In this document: positions 1-12,741 of the stretch, in pieces
How the letters are laid out: each line of letters begins with the position of its first letter
How positions within the stretch are numbered: the first letter of the stretch is position 1
Origin: Bigelowiella natans CCMP2755
Lineage: Eukaryota; Protista; Cercozoa
Reading direction: 5' to 3'
Length of the DNA stretch: 64,000 bases
Assembly: GCA_000320545.1 (NCBI GenBank)
Contig: ADNK01000618.1
Location: forward strand, 1 to 64,000
The notes under the pieces: generated by a model
Told to the model about the DNA's origin: nothing
Database searches by the model: none
Seen by the model: only the letters and a program-made list of their open reading frames with translations
Program-made: the position numbers and the translations under genes

Positions 1-69
<69 letters not shown>

Positions 70-129
70 GCGAAGAAAGCCATGTAACTCCTTTTTTATT
101 GAAAGCTGTGATATTATCTCTCTTCCCTT

Positions 130-167
<38 letters not shown>
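1..167. repeat. Compound microsatellite (TA)n(GA)n plus (CT)n, intronic
   Basis: Directly visible at 1-67 and 132-166. Confidence 0.95.
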
Positions 168-169
<2 letters not shown>

Positions 170-940
170 TCCCTATTTTGATTTCCATATTAATTCCTGT
201 AACCTAGAATTACCGCTGCTGCCTTAGTTGTGGTGCCTGGAAGTGCTGCATCAATTTTCCAGGTATTAACAAGTGAGGAAGTCCGTTCTACGAATGCCTC
301 AAACACTCTTTTCCCTAAGAAAGTCAAACGGGATCAACTCTGAACAGTCACATCAATGACCCCGCTCTCCCCACACGTTCATATTATATATATAGCTCAC
401 TTATTTAATATTTGGATAGAGAGGGGGGAGGGGGGAATAGGCAATATTTGTTGTTGTAGTAGTAGTAGTAATAGTAGTAGTAGTGGTGGTGGTATCAGTA
501 CCAGGACTGCAATACTCATCATGGCGTGGAAAGCGAGTCAATGCCCTTTCTTTCGCGTTCGAGTCTAACAACTCTACAGTTTTCTTATTCATGCTGTCCT
601 GTCTCCCGACAGAGTTTCTCCCAGTCGCTGCCATGTGGGTTCTGTTGCTGCTCACTTCTCCGTGCACAGCGAGAAAGCTCTGATGAGAAACGGCGGAGTG
701 ACCACTCAGCGGATTCTTTTGCTCGTCATCTCTTTTGGGCTTAGAAGGATCAAGAAATGAAGTATCCTGAAATCCATCAACCTGCATTTGACTCCTCTCC
801 ATGCGAGGCTTCCGTATTAAGGCCCCGAAGCAATGACCGGTGTCCATCCCGCTTAACAGGACAGCGAAGAGGAAATGAAAGCATGGATAACACATATTGC
901 GTTCCAATGGAGCAATAATGTAATTTCCAACGGCCCACAA
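70..940 (-). CDS. 5' part of a multi-exon hypothetical protein running off the left edge
   Basis: ORF 401-940 (MERSQMQVDG...DEYCSP) ends at a GT donor followed by a (TAC)n intron. The next exon at ~215-316 reads GKRVFEAFVERTSSLVNTWKIDAALPGTTTKAAA. No family recognised; start codon uncertain. Confidence 0.5.
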
Positions 941-1066
941 TTGTCTGGTGCTCCCACTTCACTCCCCCGTGTACTAGGAACTGGGCAACGAAAACAATGG
1001 TCCCTCCCAGGAGGGGAATATTGCTCAGCTGTATTCGAATCCTTTTCAAATTCGCCCGAAAAGATA

Positions 1067-1954
1067 AATTTGTGCCACAGCCCGTTTGGAGACTCTGGAG
1101 AGATCTCGGAGATTCAGTTGCAATTTCTTTGCATTCATTCATTCATTCATTGTCGCAGGAATCCAAAAGCCATCGATTCTTGCACCTGCCCTCAAATTTT
1201 CATGGTGGTCCTGTGCCTTTCAGCACTCGGACGCATCATCCAGGTCAATCACCACGTTCATCTGTTCAGTGCATCTAGAGCTGAACTCAAATTGCGCGCA
1301 TGCCAGCTAGCTAGCATGCTAGCATGATCACGCTGATCTGGATTTTCGCACGTGCTAGCGTGGTGATGTGAACTAGTGAGCTTTTTCGTGCAGTTCTTGC
1401 ACGTTCTTTTCCAAGCTAGCAAGGTCTGCAACTGCGCTGTGGCATGCTGGCATGCACGCAATGCTGGAATGTCACGTCATCCACACAGCGTTGCGTTCCA
1501 GCGTTGTCCATTCTGGCATTGCAGCTAGCTAGCTAGCTAAATGGCATCATCCTCAGCACCACTAGCTGGAGCTAGTTGCAGCTAGCTAGCTAGCTGCTGT
1601 AGCTAGACTGGAGCCTTCCTAGCTTCAGATATTGATGATGCGACCACAGACCCGACAGGCTAGCTAGCTAGCACAGAGCAGGGCCTGCTAGCCACTAGCT
1701 AGCCTGGGCAATACATCTCGCCGCATTCCAGTTCTCTTCAAGGTTCATCATCTGGTCATGCTAGCATGCTGGAACACTTCTGACTTTTGGACTCTTGTCA
1801 ACCTCTGGACCTAGCTAGCTAGCAACATGCATTTCGTCACAAATCATCTAGATGTCATCATGTTTTCGCTTCAACGAAACTGCATTCCTCAGCAAATGAT
1901 TTCAGTCATGCGCGCACATGGCATTTTGATTGCACTTTGATCACAACTCAATTT
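1067..1954. other. TpA-depleted, CTAG-sparing intergenic island A with (GCTA)n runs
   Basis: Manual count over 888 bp: 28 TA inside CTAG and only 4 other TA (1538, 1600, 1630, 1712). CpG is retained. Confidence 0.9.
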
Positions 1955-2074
1955 TATTTCATCCACAAGATTTCTCATGATTTGCAAAACTTGGAAGGTA
2001 ACAGGAGAAATGTGAAGAAAGCATGGAGAATCGGCATTCGACGAAGGCTAGAATGGAGAGGAGAGAGACGGAGA

Positions 2075-2110
<36 letters not shown>

Positions 2111-2245
2111 GGAGAAGAAAGAGAGAGCTGCAAATGTGCATCTGCACAGGAGGTAAAAACATTTAACCGACTTGCTTATGTTCGTATCATTCTTCCTAGT
2201 GAACCTGAAAGATGTGCAAGCATCAAGTTACTGCAAAAATCTAAT

Positions 2246-5200
2246 TTAGGTGATGTCATCATAATCATTCCCTTCAATTAACATGTATGGAACACTACCT
2301 TGTGTTGAATTCATTGACATGTCTCCAAAATCGTCCGAGTGCGCGTATTCGCGCTCCATTTCAATGTTATCGTCTATGTGCAAATGGCCGCCAATGTAGT
2401 CGGGATCATCCTCGCCTAGCAACTCCTCATCCTGCAATTGATGAGTATTTAACGTGCCATTTGTCGATGCAAAAAAAATGCATCTGGTAGTGTACAGTGT
2501 AATCGCCATCTTGGTGCTCTTTCCCCTCTGCCTTGAACCCTGAATCCTCATTCAGAACCACCATGGAGAACAATGAATTTAACTTCTCGCATACGAATTC
2601 CTGGTCCTTGGCCTATGCATCAAGATAGGAAAATTGGTCGCTAGACAGAAGCGTATATTTGAGTGGAAAGTACCGTTAGATCGTTGAGATCGATTTCGCC
2701 CAAGAAGAAGGACAGCGCCCTCCCACCACCCCGCATGCGCATCTCATATTCGACCAGTTCCTGCTGTGCGTCAATATCGTCCATGGTCATTACCTGTGCT
2801 GCAAAGCTTAACGCTGCCTCGGGGCTTCCGGAGCGTGCCTGAAAGTTTTAAAAGATAATCATTGAGATAACCCAGTTTCAAGCTATCTCTCTTAGGATTT
2901 TTGATAAAATATTTCTATAAGTAGGTTGATTTACAATAAGGCCAGCAATGATGAGGACAGTAACCATCATCCCCCAGTTATCCGAGAAATTCACCAACGG
3001 CAAAGTGATCCCAGCCTGGCTGAGGATAGCCTCAAGATTCTGAACAATGGGTGATGGTGCAAAATCGGATTTATTGGGTATTTTGGAAATTGGCACAACG
3101 AAATATAGGGCGGAAAATTTTCAACTATCCAAATTGAGGATACATAATAACATTAACATTAACATCCATCCACACACCTGTCCGTGCTCATCGAATAATT
3201 GTACTGATTTGTGCAAGTTAATGTTAACCCATCGCAACAGAAGCTGTCAGAAAGTAGCGGCAGAAATGAGTACGGATCAAGATAGTGCAAACTCGATTCT
3301 TTCAGGTTACTACCTCTTTAGGCTTAAGCTTGGCTACTGCATCTGGCTTAAGCTCCTCCATTCCCCATTCTTTGAATGCTCCTAGACCAACCAATTCTGT
3401 AAAATGACAAGCACACATTGTCAAAGGTTTACTGATTTCAATCGGCATTATTTATTATGTTTATTTGATTATACCTGGTTGAACTAAAGTAGAAATCGTC
3501 TGAGAGAGTTGGAACTCGATGATTCTTTGAATGACGTTGAGGACATTTTCATGGGCATACTAAAAATTCATATGACGCAAGCAATTCAAAAATTAACCAA
3601 TAACCGACATGCGTATTCGTTGTTACCTTCTGACTAGAAAATCCGTTCTTTTGCTCCCTCTATAAAATCAATTCCATTAGTATAAAGTAGTCAAAACTTC
3701 CTGCGCTAATCACCTCCACTAGTTGCATCGCATTTACTTTTCCAATATCGACACCAGCTGCTTTACATGCTCCAAGGACCTGCAAATTGGGATTAGTTTC
3801 AGTACCTACAGTCCATTGTCTTCTGATACCCTGGTACTTATTCAAAATCAGTGATTACCAGTTGAAAATCTTGGACCTTCTCTTTCAACGTGAGTTCTTT
3901 CTTCAGCTTCTGACTGGCAAGTCTGGACTCATCGATGTACTAATGAAAGAATGCAAAAAACAAAAGACCGATCGATTCGTGAGAGTTATGTGGAAATAAG
4001 ATCGCTTTATCTAGCGTTTGCTTACGGTTTTCAATTTTGAGCGGCCAACATAATTAAGCAATCCAGCCATCAACAAAGGATCACCCATCTAATATTCAAA
4101 AAGACCAATTTGGATATGTTTCTTCTAGACAAGAGTACCATCAATTCTATTGGATAAGATACCTGTCGAATGGTGGTGGTGCTGCCAATTTTGATGGGTA
4201 TTAATCCAGCAACAATAAGATCCGTCTGTGTCTCCAGACAGATATTAAGGTACTGAGCGAGTGAATTTGCCTGTTGTACATGGGTGATCGACAAATAAGT
4301 GAGTTAATTTTCGACTTGAGTGCTTGATCGATACCCAGGTAGCTTGTAAAATGTTGAGTTTCTTTTCCTCCGATTCAAAAAGAAGTGACCTCCTGAATCA
4401 TCAGAAAAATATTACTAGGTGGAATGGATAGAGTGTGAATACACTTTTACCTGAACTTCCGGGGCATCTTTGACAAACTTGCTATTGCACGACGGCTCTT
4501 CCCACTCATAGCCGTTGTCCCTGTTGTGACACTACTAATGCTGTTTCTTGGAGATCCATTTCGCGAGCCTCCGGGCGTAACCAAGCTGAGAAATTTATGG
4601 TTGGCATGCATACACTATGGAAGAAGAAATCTTTTGCATGATCTCAAGAATTTATACCCATTTAGTTTCGATTTCGTGCTCTGATCAATCGTAATAACAA
4701 AACTTGGACGGCGTTCATTCTTGTTGTCTTTGCTGCCATTTGACACGACAACTTTCCCTTTCATCTTCTTGAGGTCTTCGATAGTTTTCTTAGCCTACGC
4801 AGTAAGTATTTCACCAGAGATACGAGATAAATTTTCATGCGATGTGTAGATAAAAGTGTGTTCAAAGGTTAAAAGAATGCTCCATACTACCCAAGAGACA
4901 ACACACACCTGTTCAGAAGCAATTCGTTCAAGTTCCAATGCACGGCGAACCTCCACCAGTTGTTCGCATAAGTCGTCCACTCTTTCTTTTTCCTGAAATA
5001 ACTGACTTGAAAATAATCTCATCGTGCTCACTTGAAATTGATTTCCACCTGTGATAGCCTTTTCCTCCTCTCATCTGCTTGTGATTTGAATTGATTCGCA
5101 ATGCGTAGAGCGTCGTCCTTGATAAAGTTCGTGATGACATGGGTGTGAGAACAAATTGAACTAATGAAGGATAGCGCAATACCTTGGCTTGTCTTTCTTG

Positions 5201-7759
5201 CTCCAATTGGTCATCAAGATATTTTTCATGAATCTTAAAGATAACACCGCTATCAATGTTAAAGTAGTTTGAATTCAATTTAGAGGAACGTACGCGAGAA
5301 TCCTCCAGCATTTGCATCATATCTTCCTTTTCCTTTTTTAAACTTTCCGTTTCATTTTTGTACAATTCTTGCAGCTTTCGCTCCTCTATAGATAACAAAT
5401 TTTGTTAGAATTATATCCTTTGAAATTAATTGTTCTTATATGAAGAAATTTTTCATACCACTTTCTTTCTTGAATTTCCCTTTTAAAAGCGCTTGATATT
5501 TTTCAGCTTGCTTCATGAGATGCTGCTCACGATGTTGCGACTAATAAAATTTATTCAATATGATGTCTCCCAAATCAAACGTTGACAAAAGATCTAAAGA
5601 CCACTAACGCAGTGGCATTATAAACCTGCTTGATTGATTTTTGAAGAAGAATAGCTTTATCTTCATATTCGATTTCTTTCCGCTCCATCTTCCGCACTTC
5701 TGCTGTTAGCGCTTCTATTTCTTGGTCCAATTCAAACTCTCTTTGTCTTGTATCATTCAGTTCGTCCTGAAGCTCTTGATTCTTCGTGGTCAGGAAGTCA
5801 AGTTCAGGGGCCCCTAGTGCCATCATTTCTTTCTCTATTTGCTTCGAATCGTTAGCATCCCTCACATCCTTTTTTCCTAGGCCACTTCCTGTATCTGTCT
5901 CCTGCAAGCTGGCAATGGTTCGATCTCTGGATGCAAGCTGTTGCTTCAGTCTGTGGCACATTGTAATCATATTAGTAAATTAAATAGCGAGATGTAGAAT
6001 ATCTTACCTATCAACTTCATCTTGGAGCTCTTTCAACCTTTTGTTCTTCGGATCAAGATAAATTTGTACCTTCGGCTTGTTTTTTATCTTCTTTGCACTT
6101 GCAGCATAACGGAGAGTCGATACCTATCATGAAAACAAATTAAAGGGAATTTCACGAAATGGGACTGATGACGACCATCGACAAGATTCTCACCGTTTCT
6201 AGAGCATTTCTATCACAGGGATTGATGTTTGCAAACATAAGAGTTGACGCGCTGCCTCCAAGGGACTCTTTCAAGAGCTTTGTTAGGGACGAATCTCTAT
6301 ACGGTACGAACCTACATTCGAAATATAAATCTATTGTAAACGATAAGAAGATAATGTTTTGAGGAAAACTATACGTTTTCTTCTTTTGTGACAGCGCCTT
6401 TATGACTTTAGCGAGAGAGGATAAGGATTGGTTGATGTTGCGGCTTTCTTTTCCGAGAGCCCCACCGTCAGTTGCCCCTGACTGGTACCTTTAGTAGGCG
6501 AAGGTTATCATTCATAATTACAGATTACTCCAGATTTTTATTAGAGGTGGTAAACTTACTTCTCGCTCCCAGCAAGGTCAACCAAATTTAATTTGGAGAC
6601 TAATTTTCCTTGTGCAATCTTGCTACTACCCTGATTAAAATGTTATTAAGTTGCGAATTGTATTTAGTGTATGTTACACCTCTTTCGGAGACTTTTGGAA
6701 GTTGATAGTGAGCATCGAGTGCGATCGTGAGGAGGCATCATTATAATTTGTAGCGCTTACACTCCTGTTGTTGAATCCCTACGATGGAATTTAGTAAATT
6801 TGAGCACTAGATACACTGTGATGACAATTTTGTTGGCTGCCGTTTATCATTAACACCGCTTTAATAAGCTTGAACATTTCAGCCTCGTTTTTCACTTCAA
6901 ATTGAGATAGCCCAGGAACATGGAACCCCCGTGACTTTGTTTGTCGTATTTTCAGCTCTTTCCTTTTTTTGCTGCCCGGTGAAGATGTTAGAAGGTCAAA
7001 AACCTGTGAATCGTAACAGATTAATATTTGCACAATGGTGGTCCAACTACTACCTTTTCGTTGTATATCTCAAGAAATGATAGCGTTACGCTGAAGTCGT
7101 ATTCCTTTTCTTCTTTGAATTTCATTTTCGAGAAAAGCTTGCTATTAAAATCGTATGTGAATTAACATAGGAGATTCTTCTTCGCTTAATTAGATTATTA
7201 CTTTGTAATTTGTGGTATGATTCCATACTCTTCTGCTTTATTTAGATCTCCCATCATCGTATGGGTCTACACGAGGATTGTGCAAGATTAGAGATATTCT
7301 CAATAATGCTACTCTGTATACCTTTCCTGACGATGTTTGGCCATAACAAAACACTGTTCCATTGAAGCCATTCCAAACTTTGTCAAAGATACTTAGAACT
7401 GCCTTGTCGTATACCTTCGAAAAAACCAAAAAATCAGGAGTTTTCGAACCTATCTTCCGAGATGATTTCGAGTTCGATCACCTCTGTTTGCTTGCTCTTT
7501 TTTCCGAATACGGTATCAAATGTGAACAATCTCCAAGTTTCAATATTCTTCGGATCGTAATCACTCTTGGAGGAGTCTCCAACACGAACAACTCCTTCTT
7601 TCGTATCCACTCGAACAACATCCTCGTAGTCCTTGTTATTCGAATGCCACACGTATTCTCAAATGTTTCATTGAAGATCAAGTTAGATATTACCTTGGCC
7701 TCGTTCTTGATGAACGGTCTGCATCTCACAACGACTGAGATTGCCTCACCCTCGCTCAT
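2246..7759 (-). CDS. N-terminal-motor kinesin with coiled-coil stalk and C-terminal fimbrin/plastin-type CH-CH actin-binding domain (many short introns)
   Basis: Spliced exons give AISVVVRCRP, FTFDTVF, GFNGTVFCYGQTSSGK|THTMMG (P-loop), SFLEIYNEK|VFDLL, NYNDASSRSH, KLNLVDLAGSE, INQSLSSL, RDSSLTKLLKESLGG and STLRYAASAKKIKN. A coiled coil follows (~4700-6000), then YIDESRL, KLKPKE|LLLRWVNINL and VNFSDNW, which resemble fimbrin CH1-CH2. The 3' end is approximate. Confidence 0.92.
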
Positions 7760-8199
7760 GATTTCTATCAGCCTCTATCTGGCCACGTAAGTCTGAACAC
7801 AGATATCTCCGATTTGGCGAATCCCGGTTCTCAACAGATAATAGGACAAAAATACATAGAATTTTGCGAGAAAGAGCTGACACATGGTCCAGGCCTCAAA
7901 AATTCGGTTGACTGACCGTGGACAAACGCGTGATTGCTCGGGGTCGTTTCCTGAGACCGAAGAATTATGTTGCATTGACAAAGCAGACTGCATGCTGTGT
8001 TGGCAGCGCATGATCGACAAATTCGGGATTCGTGTGCAGACGTAAGAGAGGAAATGCATGCGTTTGAAAAGAAAAATCAACATCACAAGACTAAACTAAT
8101 CGGGCCTGTCTTTGTTCCGTTCCTCTTGGTGCGTCTTGGGCATGTGAGGCATCGACATAGAAACATCGCATTTTAACGAGTTTTGATACCGATTTGCGA

Positions 8200-9612
8200 G
8201 TAATCCTTTCATGCGACAAAGCCGCAAGGACTCGAACAGCTTTCCAGGCAGCTTCAAGCTGTCTCTGCGATTAAATGCCCAGCATTCTTGAAAAGAAAGG
8301 GGCCGATTCCCAGTGGGTATGAAATGAAGGCTAGGAGCAAGCAGCGACAAGAAGGAGAATATGTCGTATCCGAACGTCCCCACATACAATTCGGCTTCAT
8401 GGGGCTTCTTTGGTGAATCCTTTTTTGACAGGAAGCAAGGATGGAACGCAACGATGGGACAGGGGTTGAATCCTTGGGGTGGGAGTTGGTGGAATGTCCA
8501 CAGCCCCCCCAGCAAAGTAGTGGAACCAAATCCGGTGACAAGATCATCGAATTTCCTGTAGATGTGACCGGAGAGGTGGAAGTTGATGACTTCCTACTCG
8601 TGCACGTGTCAGACTGTGAGACTTCCTTGCGTTCGATGATGCAAGTACTCAAGTTGAGCAGTGACGACAAGAATTGTGCGAGACATGATGAGAAGCGGGA
8701 TGATGAAGATCAGGTTGAAAAAATCGAGGCCATGCTTGGGCAGCTCCAAATCATGAAGAAGAAAGGCGTTAAACAGAAAGCAAAGTGTCAGCGAAACCGA
8801 ACAGAGAAGAAGACAGAGATAGGCCTTCGAGCGGTTCCTTCACTTATCGAGACTGTTCCCTGGACAATGGATGAGGAACAAATAATCCAGAAATACTACA
8901 AATCATTTGGTAAACAAAGAAATGTAAACAACTTGCTATCTCATAAATACCATTCATTTCAATTTTTTACACTTGTCCAGGTCCAAATTGGCACCTCATC
9001 GCTAGTGTCCTTAATACGCATAAATTACTTGGAGGAAGAATGCGAAGTCCGGCATCTTGTTGCTATCATCACTGTTTGGTCACGGTGCGAAACTTCCGAA
9101 GCGATAAGGAACTGAGAAATGAAGCTGTGGTAAAGATGATGATACATAAGAGGGGGGGCAGCAAAAGAATCATGCCCCATCAGGAACGTGCTGGTAATGA
9201 TGTTGTTGATGATGATGATTGCAAGAATGCTAGAAACAAGCGCGCACGCAAGATCTCGAGGGCTCCGACCGACCGAGTTATGGAGACTCCGAAGAAGGCG
9301 TATGGGGACTACTACTCCTTTTTCGACAATGCAATGCAGCAAATAAAGAGTACCGAGGATGATCTTCACCCAGATCCAAAGATTTGTCAAGTTATCGACC
9401 TTGAATCGTTTCATCCCTCACACGCAAGGGCATGTAGAACTGGGAATCTTAGGCTCGGCGTAGCGGAAAGCCACCCTGGACAGGCCTTGATGCCCCACGA
9501 AATACTTCAGCTAAGAACGGGCGACTCATCAAAGAAAGAACAAGAACAAAAGTTTCCTTCTACATTTGAATCACAGAAAATGTCCATTCTGAAAATCGAG
9601 ATCGACAGATGA
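8200..9612 (+). CDS. Myb/SANT-domain protein (EAF1/p400-type SANT repeat)
   Basis: ORF 8441-9115 spliced (GT ~8910, AG ~8980) into the frame of 9040-9612 gives VPWTMDEEQIIQKYYKSFG|PNWHLIASVLN...GRMRSPASCCYHH. Start not resolved. Confidence 0.65.
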
Positions 9613-10560
9613 GGTGCAATTTGTGTATTTGCCGTGACCAAATACGCACATGGTTGCAAATTCCAGCAGCCAAAAGAGGCAATGCCGAAATAAAGGCTCA
9701 CCGTTGCGACGTACCCTTCCTTGTCAAACGTGTACAGTCCCCAATGCAGAATCGAATGTGAGTATCAATCTCCTCAGGCAATACTTAATGTAATGGCTGT
9801 AAGGTCGATATCGCACGTACAGCAGCATTCATTTCTTCTACCACATGAAACGGTGCCAGGAGGCGATACGACTAGCAGACGATGTACGAGTCGCGTCGTT
9901 TCGTCATACATATAGATTTAGGATACGTAATCATCCGTCATTCATGTTGTTATAGCTTACTATTACAGAATAAAGCACGTCAGATAGCTTCCGTGTCGGC
10001 ACTATGTATGTGGGGCTCCTGCTTTTTATGTTGGCCTTGAAAAATCGCATGACGCATGCCACGCGTGGGCCTCGACTCTACAACACTCCGCTCCCCTCAA
10101 CTAATTAATGACAAGCCACTATCTTGCGTAAATTCAGTTGCATTATTTGCACCGTGTCATTGGGTTCGATCAAGGACATTCGTGCGTACCGCATGCTAAT
10201 AATGCAATGTATAGCCTCTTGACCATCGAGACATTTTATAATTTGCGTAAAATTCGGATCGCAAAGCATGATAATGCGCTGTATTGACAGTACTGCATGC
10301 TGTGCGTGTGTGCGAATCTTACGACACGCCTTCAGCGATCACTCCAACCCTCAAAATAGCACCGCCGCCAGTGTATTGCACAAGCTATTCTCATTCGATC
10401 AATTATTCAGCATGCGTGCGCCCATCAGCAACTACTAGCAGCAGGGAGGGAGGTGTCAGGAGTATGTTGTGTCTCTAGTTTATACGATGATATAAACTTT
10501 AACTTATAAAATTGGTTACAGAAAATTGCGTTCGGAAAAGAACTAATATTCAAAAATCAA

Positions 10561-11073
10561 CTATCGTGATTGAAGCCTTGGTGATGGTGGGCTGGTGCAC
10601 TGATGACGCCGAGGAGTGAAATTACACTTCCACAGCATCAGCGCCACTACCATAATGCCAATCACCTCGGTGATAAGAAGACCAGCTCCAACATGTAGGG
10701 ACATCGTGAATCCTATAAATACAGCGAGTGAAAATCTACGTATCAATATGTTCAAGAGGTAGATCAATGATGAATTCTTTTTTGGTCCACAAAATCGTCA
10801 TTTAGTCACATTCCTCTTCATTACAATTTCTACGCCTACTTTCCCACACTACCATCGATCATATCGTCACATCCTGGATTGTTTTTCTCGTTGTAACCAG
10901 CAGCGCAATAGCCGCCGCCATCGATCCCAGTTAACGATTCTCCATGGTTCCCAGAGTCTTCGCGCAGCACCGTCAGAAAACCGGACTGTACATTTCGAGA
11001 TTACTCAATAAATGGCAATAAGGGGATTGTTTTCGAATGGCCGGTACTTTATAAAATGTAATAAGCTCTCCTC

Positions 11074-11119
<46 letters not shown>

Positions 11120-12359
11120 TGTGTTTATCTTGTGTACTACCCACCATGATATATGTGAGCACTGATGAGAAGATGAGTAAGATAATGAATATGACGGCCG
11201 CTCCAATGTTAAGGTCCTTCATGTGCAGCCTCCAACGGAGTGACATTATGCTGGTTATAATGACGATTATTATTACAATTCTGAGAAGCTAATAATGATG
11301 CAAACAACAATTTTGATGATGTCGAACGATGAGAAAATGATCACGGCGCTGGGGAAGAGACATTGCGATCATTTACATCTACCTGAGAGCCATGTGTGAG
11401 AGGAGAAGGGATAATGCTACCGACAAGCTCACGTCAGATGCACGAAGGAAGTTGCTAATGTCCTTGTATCCAAACTCATCCTTCAGCTCGTAGCTCTGCA
11501 AAACCCATTCTATGTCACAACAACAGGAGATGATGACTCGCAACTCTAGGAGCTTAGTAGTCTTCTCAAGATTATGTAACATCAGGATTCAAAGTAGCAT
11601 GAGGCTGTCAGACCATCGACGCTCTTCGCTACTACTCAGCGCAGAATTGGGAGTGACATCGGTGGATTCTTTGCCTTGCATACTTGCTTATTATTAAATC
11701 ATTCATCGTTTTTATTTTAAATTACTTGCAAAGCCCTCCACCCCAATCGGCCATCCAGCATCGCCGAGAAAAGGACGACGGATAGAGCCATTGATATCAT
11801 CATCAGTAATCCAAGAAGGCATTTACCTGGTCCATCCTTTACGTGCATAAGGTTTGCAGTATTAGTAATAGTATTTGCGACACAACAAAGAACAATTGCT
11901 TAGAAAGAGATGACAGTCTATCGGTTTTGTATTTTCTATGCTGCTACATACCTTCTCTTTGAGCTCCATCACATATTGAACTCTACCACCTACAAGCTTG
12001 TTGCTGCCCCTTACTCGAAACGATTGCTTCTGATGTGTTTCATGAATAATTCGGGGGTACTGCCTCCTACGAACTCGCAGTTTCTCCTGCTCAGGATGGC
12101 TCTTCTTCTGATGCGTGTAACTTAGATGATGGCTTAATAATAAATGTGAGAAGGAAGAAGGCTGCGATGATGAAAAGGCAGTGCTTCGATCCAGTTGGAG
12201 AAGTGGCATTTCTACGTCGTCATGATCGTCCTCGTCGTAATCTTCACCCTCTTCATCCATGTTTAAAAGATAGTCCGCCTGGGGAGGGAATTCACAGTCC
12301 CCCTCCTCGAAGCGTCGTTGCTCGGAATCCGCTTTAATCTTATCGGAACACGAGGCCAT
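10561..12359 (-). CDS. Multi-pass membrane protein, tetraspanin-like topology (multi-exon)
   Basis: Acidic N-terminal exon (11862-12392 ORF). Hydrophobic exons CLLGLLMISMALSVVLF, IAMSLPSAVIIFSSFDIIKIVVCII and IGAAVIFIILLIFSSVLTYIM. A Cys-containing loop (YCAAGYNEKNNPGCDD) precedes a final TM (VGAGLLITEVIGIMVVALMLW). Confidence 0.5.
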
Positions 12360-12741
12360 AATACTTTGCCTTTCCCCTGTCTCTATTTTCACTATACCTG
12401 TAAGTTAAGTCCTTCTCAGCCTCAATCGCCCTTCCTCTCCTTTTATTCTCCCCTCCTTTCACAGATCGCTCGGGGGGCTTGGCGGAGCAGCCATCATAGC
12501 AGTATTTAAACTATTCAAACTGTTTGTCGGCCGCCGACTTTTTAATTCCAAGAATAGCAAGAAGCAAAGGCGTTTTTACCTTAGCGACAAGCAGATATCA
12601 ATGAAATGCTTCTTGGAATGATGTCGCAGTGTTGAAATCCCCACTTTTTATTATTTTTGAACACAAAAAGCATGCAAGTCGTCGTTATCGGGAGTTATCG
12701 GGAGTAGATGATGGATCCTGCTGGGGGGGGGTGAGGAGACG

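Noticed and set aside
875-1461. ORFs 875-1327, 1086-1310 and 1258-1461 (also 29941-30407 and 41006-41503) as real genes
   Set aside because: They are open mainly because TAA/TAG stops are depleted in the islands. They are His/Cys/Ala-rich with no recognisable domain.
1500-1830. (GCTA)n clusters as a CRISPR-like or telomeric array
   Set aside because: Variable-length 4-mer runs with irregular spacing and no constant repeat-spacer unit, in a eukaryotic context with no cas genes.
1067-1954. RIP or CpG-methylation decay as the cause of the CATG/CTAG-rich islands
   Set aside because: CpG is still frequent and TpA is lost rather than gained, which is opposite to what those processes predict.
8413-8431. 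19-nt GT...AG segment resembling a nucleomorph-type tiny intron
   Set aside because: Removing it leads to an early stop. A longer phase-0 intron using the same acceptor joins the frames properly.
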